From: an uncultured Alphaproteobacteria bacterium
Lineage (GTDB): Bacteria; Pseudomonadota; Alphaproteobacteria; HIMB59
DNA length: 64,000 nucleotides
Assembly (NCBI GenBank): GCA_902515765.1
Contig: CABXVZ010000002.1
Coordinates: 2,067 to 66,066, forward strand
Reading direction: 5' to 3'
In this document: positions 27,847 to 38,157 of the stretch, piece by piece
Layout of the letters: each line of letters begins with the position of its first letter
How positions within the stretch are numbered: the first letter of the stretch is position 1
The notes under the pieces: generated by a model
What the model saw: the letters and a program-made list of their open reading frames with translations, nothing else
The model's database searches: none
Told to the model about the DNA's origin: nothing
Program-made: the position numbers and the translations under genes

Positions 27847-28365
27847 ATGAAATTAGAAGCGGTAAATTTACTCACCCTATTAGATGATAATAGCATTAAT
27901 TACAAACTATTTGAGCATGAAGCTTTTTATACAGTTGAGGAGTCTAGTAAATTAAAAATAGACATGGATATGCAAGGAGCGCATACAAAAAATCTTTTTT
28001 TAAGAGATAAAAAAAGAAATTTTTTTTTAATTTCATGCTTAGATAATCAAATAGTTGATTTAAAAGAAATTAAAAATCTTATTTCTTGCCAGGGTAATCT
28101 ATCTTTTGGAAGTGCTGATTATTTATTTGAAAAACTTGGTGTAAAACCAGGATCTGTCAGTCCTTACGCATTAGTAAATGATTTAGAGAAAGATGTAACT
28201 TTTTATTTAGACAAGAGTATAACAGAATTTGATTTATGTAATTTTCATCCGTTAGATAATACTAAAACAATACAGGTTTTAACAAAAGATTTTATTTCAT
28301 TTATAAATACGATTACAAAAATAAAGTTAATTGATTTTGAAAAAAAAGAAATATTAGAAATTTAA
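27847..28365 (+). CDS. YbaK/ProX-family aminoacyl-tRNA editing protein
   Basis: HTKNLFLRDKK, LGVKPGSVSP, NFHPL. Confidence 0.9.
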   Translation: MKLEAVNLLTLLDDNSINYKLFEHEAFYTVEESSKLKIDMDMQGAHTKNLFLRDKKRNFFLISCLDNQIVDLKEIKNLISCQGNLSFGSADYLFEKLGVKPGSVSPYALVNDLEKDVTFYLDKSITEFDLCNFHPLDNTKTIQVLTKDFISFINTITKIKLIDFEKKEILEI

Positions 28366-28847
28366 TCTCTAAAGTTTTGATACTGAAGAGGAACACCAAT
28401 ATCATTTTGTTTTAATAAATCTATCATGGACTGAAGGTCATCACGTTTCTTTCCAGTAATTCTGACTTCGTCTCCATTAATGGATGCTTGGACTTTAGCT
28501 TTAGAGGATTTGACTAAGTTTGTAATTTTTTTGGCATTTTCTTTTGAAATACCATTAAGAATATCAACAAATTGTCTTACTCTATTACCTGAAGCAGTTT
28601 CTGTAGATTTAACATGAATGAATTTTGGATCTACGTTCCTTCTGACTATATTATTTTTTAAGATGTCATTAAATTGATTAAGCTTTGTATTATCGGTTGT
28701 TTCAATAGTAATTGAATATTCCGATCTATCTATGGTTGAATTTGTATTTTTAAAATCAAAACGATTATCAACTTCTCTTTTGGTATTATTAATGGCATTA
28801 TCGATTTCCTGCAAATCTGGAGAAGAAACAACATCAAATGAAGGCAT
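28362..28847 (-). CDS. yajQ: YajQ family nucleotide-binding protein
   Basis: MPSFDVVS, RFDFK, GKKRDDLQ, NFRD C-terminus. Confidence 0.96.
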   Translation of the reverse strand: MPSFDVVSSPDLQEIDNAINNTKREVDNRFDFKNTNSTIDRSEYSITIETTDNTKLNQFNDILKNNIVRRNVDPKFIHVKSTETASGNRVRQFVDILNGISKENAKKITNLVKSSKAKVQASINGDEVRITGKKRDDLQSMIDLLKQNDIGVPLQYQNFRD

Positions 28848-29722
28848 ATTTTAACTCTACAGTATTTTTATTTATAGCAACACTATTATGTTGGGGGCCA
28901 ACTTGGTATGTCATTAAGTTTCAGTTAGGAATAGTTGATCCAATGGTATCTGTATTTTATAGATTTTTTTTATCCTCGATTATAATTCTACTTTTTTGTG
29001 TCTTAAATCAAATTAATTTGAAGTTTTCTTTTAAAGAACATGTCTATATTGCTATTTTAGGTATTACCTTATTTAACATAAATTACGTTTTATTTTATCT
29101 TTCAACACAACAATTAATTAGTGGTTTCGTTGCTCTCTGCTTTTCATCAATATTATTTATGAATGTTATAAACAATATTCTCTTTAAGCAAAACTATCCA
29201 AAAATAATGACTGTAATTGGGGGATTAGTTGGAACATTGGGGTTGGTATTTATTTTCTATGAGGAAATTATTAACTTTGAATTTTCAAAAGGCACTAGTT
29301 ATGGAATATTTATAGGAATATTAGCTACTTACTTTGCATCAATAGGAAATTTAGTATCAGAGTATACTTCAAAAATAAAAATGAATGTAATTTCTGTAAC
29401 AGGATATGGAATGCTCTATGGATCAATAACACTGCTTCTGTACCTTCTTATAACAGGCATAAATCTAAACTTTGATGAGAGCTATAGATATATTTTATCA
29501 TTAACTTATTTGTCTATTTTTGGAAGTGTTTTTGGTTTTATTTTATATCTAACGATTATTAAAAATATAGGTGCGAATGAAGCTGCCTACATAGCAATTA
29601 TTATGCCTTTAATAGCCTTAGTAATTTCAACTATATTTGAAGGACTAAAATGGGATTTAAGCTTATATATTGGTGCTGCATTAGTAATCTTTGGAAATAT
29701 TTTAATTCTAAAAAAAAATTAA
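28838..29722 (+). CDS. DMT/EamA family transporter
   Basis: WGPTW, SVFYRF; about 10 TM segments. Confidence 0.88.
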   Translation: MKAYFNSTVFLFIATLLCWGPTWYVIKFQLGIVDPMVSVFYRFFLSSIIILLFCVLNQINLKFSFKEHVYIAILGITLFNINYVLFYLSTQQLISGFVALCFSSILFMNVINNILFKQNYPKIMTVIGGLVGTLGLVFIFYEEIINFEFSKGTSYGIFIGILATYFASIGNLVSEYTSKIKMNVISVTGYGMLYGSITLLLYLLITGINLNFDESYRYILSLTYLSIFGSVFGFILYLTIIKNIGANEAAYIAIIMPLIALVISTIFEGLKWDLSLYIGAALVIFGNILILKKN

Positions 29723-30861
29723 TTTTTAAATAATTTTTTTTGAAATATTACAATTATACTTATCAATAAAAACAAAATTAACATAGGGGTGTAAACATAC
29801 TCAATACCAAATATATCAGCTACATAGCCTAATGTAGGTGGTGCAATCATAAAAACACCATATGTTCCAATAGTAATAATAGTAATACCTACTGTTGGAT
29901 TTAAATTTTTTATAGAAGCTCCAAATGTATAACAAATTGGGATAATGGAGGAGACAGCAAAACCTGCAATTACAAAACCTAATATAGCAAACAATAAAGA
30001 GCTACTCGAGGCAATAAATATTGAACCTACAAAAGAACCAATAACTGAAAAAACTAAGAAATTATAAATACCAAATATTTCTTTTAGTCTATCGCCTATT
30101 AATCTTCCTAAGACCATACTTCCATTAAATGCAATTGCTGCAAGACCAATATTAAATCCTTCAGCTAGTATATAGTCTCTCATATATAACGATCCCCAAG
30201 AGTCAGTTCCTCCTTCAAGAAAAACTGCTGTAATAGCTAGTAAAAATAAAATAATTAAAAATAAGGGCCATTTAAAAAAAATTGAAAGAAAAGATAGAGT
30301 GTCTGATTGAATATTCTTAATAGTCAGACTACTAAAATATAAAATTGGAGAAATCATAATAATAAAAATTAATGAATTAATAAAAAAACTTATTTTATAT
30401 TCAAGAAAAAGACTAGTCAGCAGAGATCCCGATAACAAACCAATGCTCCAAAAAGCATGGAATCCAGACATCATAGGTTTATTGAATTTTTTTTCTAGTG
30501 AAGTAGCTTGTAAATTAAGAATGATTTCAAATAAGCCATAACAAATACCAAAAATAAAACTCAGAACCCCCATCAATTTAAATGAATTAGCAAAAGGTAT
30601 TAAAATCCATAAAAAATTAATAATAAATCCTGAGATAAGAGCTACTCTCTTTGGTGAAAATAAATGTATTAATTTAGGAGCTACTACCATTGTTAAAACT
30701 GATCCGATTGAAAATATAACAAACAGGTATCCCAAACCTGTATATTCAACTCCAATTTGATCTTTAATGTCTGGTATTCTAACTGCCCACAGTCCTACAA
30801 AAAAAGAAATTGAAAAAAATAAAGCCTTACATGCGTTGATATCTGAAATTTTAATATTCAA
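29719..30861 (-). CDS. MFS transporter
   Basis: WAVRIPDIK, MSGFHAFWSIG, GRLIGDRL; about 12 TM segments. Confidence 0.9.
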   Translation of the reverse strand: MNIKISDINACKALFFSISFFVGLWAVRIPDIKDQIGVEYTGLGYLFVIFSIGSVLTMVVAPKLIHLFSPKRVALISGFIINFLWILIPFANSFKLMGVLSFIFGICYGLFEIILNLQATSLEKKFNKPMMSGFHAFWSIGLLSGSLLTSLFLEYKISFFINSLIFIIMISPILYFSSLTIKNIQSDTLSFLSIFFKWPLFLIILFLLAITAVFLEGGTDSWGSLYMRDYILAEGFNIGLAAIAFNGSMVLGRLIGDRLKEIFGIYNFLVFSVIGSFVGSIFIASSSSLLFAILGFVIAGFAVSSIIPICYTFGASIKNLNPTVGITIITIGTYGVFMIAPPTLGYVADIFGIEYVYTPMLILFLLISIIVIFQKKLFKN

Positions 30862-30886
30862 TTTAAAAATGAGGGAAGTTATTTAC

Positions 30887-31324
30887 TTACCATCCACCAT
30901 CATCGCTGGCTAATTTTTCAGTGATAGTTTTTGATTTTTTCCAATTTGCTAACTTCCAAATACCACTTCCAGATACTATTAAATTTTTTTTTGAAAAGAC
31001 TTGGCATTTTACAAATGAAAGAGTTTTAGTTTTTTTTTCAATAATAGGAATTCCTATTAACTCATCTCCCTCAACAGCTGAAAAGGTAAAATGAGTATTC
31101 ATAGATATTGTTACACAAGGTGTATTGTCGAAACTTTTATAAGCCGCATTACCCATAACATTATCCAGAAAGGACATCAGGAAACCACCATGAGCAAAAT
31201 TACCTGAATTTAAATGAGACTCTTTTACAAACATTCTAAAATAGTCTTTCCCATTTTCGTTTTTAGTCTCGAGTGGCCCTAATAATTGAGAATATGGGGA
31301 ATTTGAAATTGACTTCCAGTTCAT
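30887..31324 (-). CDS. PaaI family thioesterase
   Basis: HLNSGNFAHGGFLMSFLD hot-dog motif; ATG at 31324. Confidence 0.88.
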   Translation of the reverse strand: MNWKSISNSPYSQLLGPLETKNENGKDYFRMFVKESHLNSGNFAHGGFLMSFLDNVMGNAAYKSFDNTPCVTISMNTHFTFSAVEGDELIGIPIIEKKTKTLSFVKCQVFSKKNLIVSGSGIWKLANWKKSKTITEKLASDDGGW

Positions 31325-31401
31325 ATATGACTTTATAGAGCAATATACCAAAAAATAAATGATTTATGATTTTATAGTTTTCTTTAGGGCGATCTCTTCT
31401 T

Positions 31402-33174
31402 ATGAGGTTAAAAAATATTATGGTGAATAGATCTTTTAGAGTTGATGCTAACGATATCAATAGTTTTACCCCTAGCTATTCAGGCACCAATGGGTCAATA
31501 GCAACTCACTCAAACCTTTCAGCTACAACAGCTTACTCTATCTTAAAGGAAGATGGCGGGAATGCCTTTGATGCTGCCGCTGGTGCCATGTTAGTAGAAA
31601 GTCTTGTTAATCCTCAAATGTTTAGTATGGGGGGCGAAGGCGTGATGATATTAAAGCCTAATTCCAAAAACCCTATTGTACTGAATGGAAATACTAAATC
31701 CCCTCATAATTTTAATTTTTTAAATTTAGTAACAAAAGGTTTAAGAGAGATACCCGATCAAGGGATACTCAGTGCTGGAGTTCCCTCGGCTTTTTCCTCT
31801 ATTTTTAGGCTCTTGCAAAATTATGGCAAATTAAATTTTAGAGATATAGCAAAATACGCCCATCAATATGCCAAAAACGGTTTTCCCATTCATAATGGGA
31901 TTATAAATCAAAATAAATTTGGATTAAGAGATTTAAAAGAAAAATTTACAAGGGAGTGGAATAATTCTGCCAATCTCTATCTTAAGAAGGGTAAATTACC
32001 AATAGTTGGAACTCTTCAAAGAAATAAATCCTTTAGCAGTCTTCTTGATTATCTATCAAACTACGAAAAAAAATTATCAAGTAACAGAAATAATAATTTT
32101 AACAATCTTCATGATGCCTTCTATAAAGGAGATATAGCTAACACAATAATCAAACATTCAAATAATCGTAATGGCTTACTTACTAAGGACGACTTAAGTA
32201 ATTATGATGTAGAATTTGAAAAAACAGTATTTGCAAAATTTGGTGATTACCACATACATAAAACTGATATTTGGGGTCAAGGATTGACAAGTTTAATGAT
32301 GATGAAGTTATGTGAGAAGAAAAAAGTAAAATCTCTTGATGATGAAGAGAGTTTTCATAAATTTGTAGAGTCATTAAAACTTACATTTGCAGATAGAGAA
32401 ATGTATTTTAGTGGTCAAAAAAACCCTAAAGTCAAAGCCAAACATCTCCTAAACAGTAACTACTTAAATAAAAGGTCTAAGCTCATAACTAACAAGGTAA
32501 TCGAAGCTATCATACCAGGTGATCCTTTAACTAATAAATCGCTCCTACCTCTCGATAATGAAATTAAACCGTGGGGGGCAGGAACAGTTCACATTAGTAT
32601 TATTGATAAAGATAATAATGCTATTTCGTGCACACCAAGTGGTGGTTGGATAAGGTCCAATGAAGTAATAAAAGACTTAGGATTTCCTCTTGGAAATAGA
32701 CTTATGACATTTTATTTGTCTAAGCCCGGTCATGTTAATTTTATAACACCCTCTCAACAGCCTAGAACAACCCTAAGTCCCACCCTTATAATTAATAAAA
32801 AAGGTAAAGAGATAATGTCTTGTGGAACTATGGGGGGAGATGCACAGGATCAGTGGCAGGCACAGTTTTTAATAAACTATATATTTGCAAATAAACCAAT
32901 TGATATAGCTCTCAATGAGCCAAGAGTTTCTTCAGAACACCTTCCCGCCTATTTCCATCCACATGACCCTAATAATAAACATTTACTCCTAGAAGAAAGA
33001 CTCTCTCCCTTAGTTAAAAAACTGAATAAAAGAGGACATATAACTAACCTTGTTACTGATTGGAGCGAGGGATTTATTCTTTGTGCTAGAAAGAAAGATA
33101 AAATTTATGATGCATACGCTGACATTAGAAGTTATAAAAGTCAAATATTTCAAGCCCAAGCTATATCATGGTAA
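31402..33174 (+). CDS. gamma-glutamyltransferase family protein
   Basis: GGNAFDAA, GTVHISIID (Thr nucleophile), PRTTLSP, GTMGGDAQ. Alternative start at 31420. Confidence 0.9.
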   Translation: MRLKNIMVNRSFRVDANDINSFTPSYSGTNGSIATHSNLSATTAYSILKEDGGNAFDAAAGAMLVESLVNPQMFSMGGEGVMILKPNSKNPIVLNGNTKSPHNFNFLNLVTKGLREIPDQGILSAGVPSAFSSIFRLLQNYGKLNFRDIAKYAHQYAKNGFPIHNGIINQNKFGLRDLKEKFTREWNNSANLYLKKGKLPIVGTLQRNKSFSSLLDYLSNYEKKLSSNRNNNFNNLHDAFYKGDIANTIIKHSNNRNGLLTKDDLSNYDVEFEKTVFAKFGDYHIHKTDIWGQGLTSLMMMKLCEKKKVKSLDDEESFHKFVESLKLTFADREMYFSGQKNPKVKAKHLLNSNYLNKRSKLITNKVIEAIIPGDPLTNKSLLPLDNEIKPWGAGTVHISIIDKDNNAISCTPSGGWIRSNEVIKDLGFPLGNRLMTFYLSKPGHVNFITPSQQPRTTLSPTLIINKKGKEIMSCGTMGGDAQDQWQAQFLINYIFANKPIDIALNEPRVSSEHLPAYFHPHDPNNKHLLLEERLSPLVKKLNKRGHITNLVTDWSEGFILCARKKDKIYDAYADIRSYKSQIFQAQAISW

Positions 33175-33938
33175 AAAAAAATAAATTAGAAGACATAATT
33201 GGAGTTGTGAAAAGACTCCGTAATCCTAAAAATGGTTGCCCATGGGACATTGAGCAAACATCAAAATCTTTAGCTAAATATACATTAGAAGAAGCCTATG
33301 AAGTAGTTGAAGCAATAGAAAAAGGAAACTTTAATGAATTAGAAGATGAATTGGGAGATTTATTATTACAAGTCATTTATCACACTGTCATAGCAGAAGA
33401 AAAAAAGAAATTTACGATTAATAATGTTATAGAAAAAAGTGTTGAAAAGATGAAATTAAGGCATCCTCATATTTTTTTAAAAGATAAATCAATTAAATCT
33501 ATTCAAGATGTAAATAATTTTTGGGAATACCAAAAAAAAATTGAAAGAAAGAAAAAAGGATCAAACTCTGCTCTCGATGGAGTTAGTACTAGTTTGCCAG
33601 CTGTAACTAGATCTCTCAAACTACAAAAAAGAGCTTCAAAAGAAGGTTTTGATTGGAATAATGCTCAAGATACATTGAAAAAAGTAAAAGAGGAATTATC
33701 AGAGTTAACTACAGAAATGAAAGGCAATAACAAAAAAAGAATTAAAGAAGAATTAGGAGATTTACTATTTTCTTGTATCAATTTATCAAGAAAATTAGGG
33801 CTTGATACTGAGACAGTTATAAGGGAATCTAATAAAAAATTTGAAAAAAGATTTAAAAAAATGGAAAAAAATATGAATTCTAAGAAACTTGATTGGAAAC
33901 TTAAAAATTTGGAGAAGGAATGGGAAAAATCAAAGTAA
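33168..33938 (+). CDS. mazG: nucleoside triphosphate pyrophosphohydrolase MazG
   Basis: GCPWDIEQT, EEAYEV, DELGDLL, RHPH, EELGDLLF. Confidence 0.96.
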   Translation: MVKKNKLEDIIGVVKRLRNPKNGCPWDIEQTSKSLAKYTLEEAYEVVEAIEKGNFNELEDELGDLLLQVIYHTVIAEEKKKFTINNVIEKSVEKMKLRHPHIFLKDKSIKSIQDVNNFWEYQKKIERKKKGSNSALDGVSTSLPAVTRSLKLQKRASKEGFDWNNAQDTLKKVKEELSELTTEMKGNNKKRIKEELGDLLFSCINLSRKLGLDTETVIRESNKKFEKRFKKMEKNMNSKKLDWKLKNLEKEWEKSK

Positions 33939-35194
33939 TTTTCTTTTTAACTATAATAAGTTTTTGTATAAGTTCTGCAAAATCTTATGAAATTTCTGAT
34001 CTAATAAAAATTCTAGTTGAAAAAAATAATACAAACTCTTCTTTTAAATATGATGATTTAATTGACAATAAAAATCTTCAAAATGCTGATACTATTTATA
34101 TTCCACAAATAGATTATTCTTATAATTTTTCTAATAGCACAACCTCTACTAACACCACTGATACTCTCAACTCACATAGTAACACTATTAGCGCTACTCT
34201 TAATTTATATAATGGTGGTTTTAGTCAGCTAAACTTACTTACAACTCAAACTCGCAATCAAGCTTACGATTACCTAAGGCAGTATCAAAAGGAATTATTA
34301 ATTAAGGAGTTAATTAATGGTTATAATAGTCTTCAGGGTTTAATTATTAAAAAAGGTAATCAAGAACAAAATTTAGAGTTTTATAAAAAAAAGGTTCAAG
34401 AAGCAAAAATACTCTTTCAAGCTAATAGAATAACTAAAATGGATTTACTTGATTTTCAAAATGAATTAATTAATGCGGAATCCTTACTTTATGATTATGA
34501 CAGACAAATTGATAATTTAATGCTTCAAGTAAATAAATTATTAGACTTAGAAATCACAGATGAAGATGTTAATTTTTCATTTAGTATTATTATCCCAAAC
34601 CAACTAATAGAAAAAAAAATATTTTCTGAGCTTATGAATTCTTCCTATGGAAATTATTTAAGTTATTTAGAAAAAACATATGTGCCTGAATTAGAAATGT
34701 CTAAAAAAGAACTTCTTCCATCTGTAGATCTTTCCTATTCTCTTTCTGATACAGATAAATTTTCTAGTAGTGTCAATCATAGAAGAAGTTCTGCTCTATC
34801 ATTGACTATGACAATTCCTATTTATGATGGGTACAAAGATGAAAATAACTTTGACGTTGATAAATATGAATATCAAAAAAAACTACTTGAGCAAAAAGAC
34901 TTAAAAAAAGATATGCTTAACACTTATCTTGAGTCTTGGAACAACTATGATTTCTATAATCTTAAAATAAATAACCAAAAAAAAATTATTGAAACCCTTA
35001 CCTTAAAACTCAAAGGTGATGAGATACTTTACAAGGCCCAAAAAATTAGTGTCACTAGATTTATTGAGACAAAGAATGAACTCAATGATGCTAATAATGA
35101 TTTATTGGACCTAATGACTCAACAAAAATACTATTTACTTGATATAATAATATTAAATAACGATCTTGAAAGTGTAATCAATGGACTGGGATAG
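33920..35194 (+). CDS. TolC-family outer membrane protein
   Basis: Signal peptide; paired LNLYNGG and IPIYDG motifs; coiled-coil segments. Confidence 0.75.
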   Translation: MGKIKVIFFLTIISFCISSAKSYEISDLIKILVEKNNTNSSFKYDDLIDNKNLQNADTIYIPQIDYSYNFSNSTTSTNTTDTLNSHSNTISATLNLYNGGFSQLNLLTTQTRNQAYDYLRQYQKELLIKELINGYNSLQGLIIKKGNQEQNLEFYKKKVQEAKILFQANRITKMDLLDFQNELINAESLLYDYDRQIDNLMLQVNKLLDLEITDEDVNFSFSIIIPNQLIEKKIFSELMNSSYGNYLSYLEKTYVPELEMSKKELLPSVDLSYSLSDTDKFSSSVNHRRSSALSLTMTIPIYDGYKDENNFDVDKYEYQKKLLEQKDLKKDMLNTYLESWNNYDFYNLKINNQKKIIETLTLKLKGDEILYKAQKISVTRFIETKNELNDANNDLLDLMTQQKYYLLDIIILNNDLESVINGLG

Positions 35195-36074
35195 GCTTAA
35201 AACTTTTTATCATGTAGCTAATGCTGGAAGCATATCAAGAGCAATGGATACAATTCATCTTAGTCAATCAGCTATAACCAGACAAATTCAATCTTTAGAA
35301 CATAGTTTAAAAACTAAGCTTTTTAAAAGGCATACCAAAGGGATAACTCTAACAGAACAAGGAACTTATCTATTTGAAGAAACTGAAAAAATATTTGCAG
35401 ATTTAAACTCTATTGAAAAAAAAATAGTTGAATTTAAATCTATACCCACAGGTAACCTGTCTATTAATACTACAGTGGGTTTTGGTTCAATGTGGTTAAG
35501 CCCTCGAATTAATGAATTCATTCATGGATATCCAGAAATTAATCTCAAATTGAATTACTCAGAAGATGAACAGGATATGTTAAGACAGAATTATGATATT
35601 GGAATTTGGATGAGAAGACCTAAACATTTAGATTTAATCTCCAAACATATCGCTACTATCAAGTATCATATTTATGGTTCTGCTCACTATATCAATGAGA
35701 TGGGAATGCCTATAAGAAGAAGTGAATTGAACAAGCACCGTTTAATTACCTATGGAACTGGTAAACCCTCACCTCTATCAGACACTAATTGGATTTTAAA
35801 AACAGGAGTGGCAAAAAATCAAAAAACAAGGAAACCCCATATAACAATCAATAATTTATATGGCTTATTGGTTGCAGTTGAGACAGGTGCCGGCTTAGCT
35901 GCTCTTCCTGATTATATGGTTCAGCATAAAGCTCATTTAGTTAAAGTATTACCAGAAATAGAAGGCCCAAGTTATGAAGTTCATATGGTTTATCATGAAA
36001 ATCTTAAGGGAAGTTTAAAATTAATAGCTTTTAGAGACTTTCTCATGAAAAAAATAGATCAGTGGAGATTTTAA
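35181..36074 (+). CDS. LysR family transcriptional regulator
   Basis: MDWDRLKTF...LSQSAITRQIQSLE...LTEQG. Confidence 0.95.
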   Translation: MDWDRLKTFYHVANAGSISRAMDTIHLSQSAITRQIQSLEHSLKTKLFKRHTKGITLTEQGTYLFEETEKIFADLNSIEKKIVEFKSIPTGNLSINTTVGFGSMWLSPRINEFIHGYPEINLKLNYSEDEQDMLRQNYDIGIWMRRPKHLDLISKHIATIKYHIYGSAHYINEMGMPIRRSELNKHRLITYGTGKPSPLSDTNWILKTGVAKNQKTRKPHITINNLYGLLVAVETGAGLAALPDYMVQHKAHLVKVLPEIEGPSYEVHMVYHENLKGSLKLIAFRDFLMKKIDQWRF

Positions 36075-36118
36075 ATCTCTAGTAATTTTTTCAAAAAAAA
36101 TTAAATATAAAACCATAA

Positions 36119-37279
36119 ATGAATAATTTATTAAAAACTTATAACTTTAGTAACTTTGAAATTGTCAGAGGTAATGGATCTTATTTATATACAGCTGATA
36201 ATAAAAAATTATTAGATTTTTCTGCTGGAGTAGCTGTAAATTCATTAGGCTATAATCACTCTGTTGTTAAAAAAACAATTCAAGAACAATTAAAAACAGG
36301 TATTACTCACCTCTCAGGGTCACAAATACATTTATATAAATATAAATTATCTCAACTACTCTCTAAAGAGAGTAATAAAGGTGATGTTTTTTTTTCAAAT
36401 TCTGGCGCAGAAAGTATTGAAGCTGCCTTAAAAATTGCTCGTAATTTTGGAAGTAGCAAAGGAAGAGATGAAATTATTGCGATGACTTCCTCTTTTCATG
36501 GAAGAACTATCGGTGCTTTATCTGTGGGAAGCAATAAAGCATATAAGTCTGATATAGGTCCAGTACCAGGAAAAGTTAGGTTTTGTAAATTTAATAACAG
36601 TAAAAATTTAAAACAATTGATAAATAAAAAAACTCTAGCGATTATTATAGAGTTCATTCAAGGCGATGGAGGAATAAACATATGTAATAAAGAATTTGCT
36701 AAAACTATTAAAGAAATTTGCAAAAAAAGAAAAATTTTATTGATTGCTGATGAAATACAAGGAGGAATAGGAAGAACTGGTAAAATTTTTGCCTATAAAC
36801 ATTATGGAGTATCTCCCGATATTATCACATCGGCTAAAGGATTAGGTTCAGGAATTCCTATTGGAGCGACAATTGTTAAAAAGGAAATATCAAAAAATAT
36901 TAATATTGGTTTTCATGGCTCTACTTTTGGTGGAGGAATGCTTCAAACAAGAATTGCCTATAATGTATTTAAAACAATCAATAAAACTAACTTTTTAAAT
37001 AGTGTGAAATCAAAAGGCATTCTTTTAGATAAATTATTAAATAAACTCCATTCTAATTATGACTATATAAAAGAAATAAGAATTAAAGGACTGATGGCTG
37101 GCATAGAGTTTAAAAACAGTCAAATCGCTTTAAAAATTTATAAAGAAACTTCTAATCATGGCTTAGTTACCACTCTTGTCAAAAGGACTACCATTAGAAT
37201 TACCCCTCCTCTAATTATTAAATCTGAAGAACTTAAAAGAGGTATTAAAATTATCTCAAATTGTTTAGAGAAAATATAA
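36119..37279 (+). CDS. argD: acetylornithine aminotransferase (class III PLP)
   Basis: NSGAESIE, SFHGRT, DEIQGGIGRTG, AKGLGSG, HGSTFGG; next to argB and argC. Confidence 0.85.
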   Translation: MNNLLKTYNFSNFEIVRGNGSYLYTADNKKLLDFSAGVAVNSLGYNHSVVKKTIQEQLKTGITHLSGSQIHLYKYKLSQLLSKESNKGDVFFSNSGAESIEAALKIARNFGSSKGRDEIIAMTSSFHGRTIGALSVGSNKAYKSDIGPVPGKVRFCKFNNSKNLKQLINKKTLAIIIEFIQGDGGINICNKEFAKTIKEICKKRKILLIADEIQGGIGRTGKIFAYKHYGVSPDIITSAKGLGSGIPIGATIVKKEISKNINIGFHGSTFGGGMLQTRIAYNVFKTINKTNFLNSVKSKGILLDKLLNKLHSNYDYIKEIRIKGLMAGIEFKNSQIALKIYKETSNHGLVTTLVKRTTIRITPPLIIKSEELKRGIKIISNCLEKI

Positions 37280-37305
37280 TATTAAATTTTAATTATTTTA
37301 GAAGT

Positions 37306-38157
37306 TTAATACTCTAAAGATTGTTTTTGAAATACAGTTCCAATGCCTTCTTCTGTTTCTAATTCTGTGAGTAATGCATTTTTAATTTCGCCACTGATTA
37401 TGTGAATTTTTTGTACTCCTTGATTGAGAGCCTTTAAAGAATTTTCAACTTTAACAACCATTCCATTAGTAATAATTTTTTCATCAAATAGTTTTTTTGC
37501 AACATTCTCATCAACAGCAGATATTCTCTCACCTTTAAGATCTTTAATAAAAGGGACATCAGAAATAAAAATTAATTTACTTGCTGATAAATTAACTGCT
37601 AATTCAGTCGCAATAGTATCGGCATTTACATTTAATACTTCAGCTGTATTTTTATCTAAAACTAAACTTGGCATTATAATCATATCATGTTCTTTAAATA
37701 ATTTTTGAATTTCTAGTGCATCTACAGAGACAACATCACCTACTTGACCATAATCTACTCCATCAATAACTTCTCTTCTTTTTGCTGATATAAAGTCTTT
37801 TTTGGATATAGGTATTGGGAAATTTCTAATGTTATATCTTGAGCTTAAACTAAAAATATCAATTAATATTTGACCAGAAATTTTTTTAGCTGCTTCAATA
37901 TCATCACCTGATGTAATTCTTCTTCCGTTAATTTTTTTAGGTTCAAGATTATGAACATTTTTCATGTAATTATCTAATTGTCTTCCAAAACCAAACACTA
38001 AAACGACTTTTAATTTTGAAATCGTAGATAAAAGTTCTTTAATATCACTGATAACATTTTTTATGTTTTCTTGGTTATCACATATTTTACCACTGACTTT
38101 TACGACTAATGTCGAATTTTGAAGAATAGACTGATAAAAAGATTGCGTTTTACTCAT
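37306..38157 (-). CDS. argB: acetylglutamate kinase
   Basis: VVKVSG, GRRIT, DYGQVG, NVNAD, GMVVKV, HIISG. ATG at 38157 overlaps the argC stop (ATGA). Confidence 0.88.
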   Translation of the reverse strand: MSKTQSFYQSILQNSTLVVKVSGKICDNQENIKNVISDIKELLSTISKLKVVLVFGFGRQLDNYMKNVHNLEPKKINGRRITSGDDIEAAKKISGQILIDIFSLSSRYNIRNFPIPISKKDFISAKRREVIDGVDYGQVGDVVSVDALEIQKLFKEHDMIIMPSLVLDKNTAEVLNVNADTIATELAVNLSASKLIFISDVPFIKDLKGERISAVDENVAKKLFDEKIITNGMVVKVENSLKALNQGVQKIHIISGEIKNALLTELETEEGIGTVFQKQSLEY

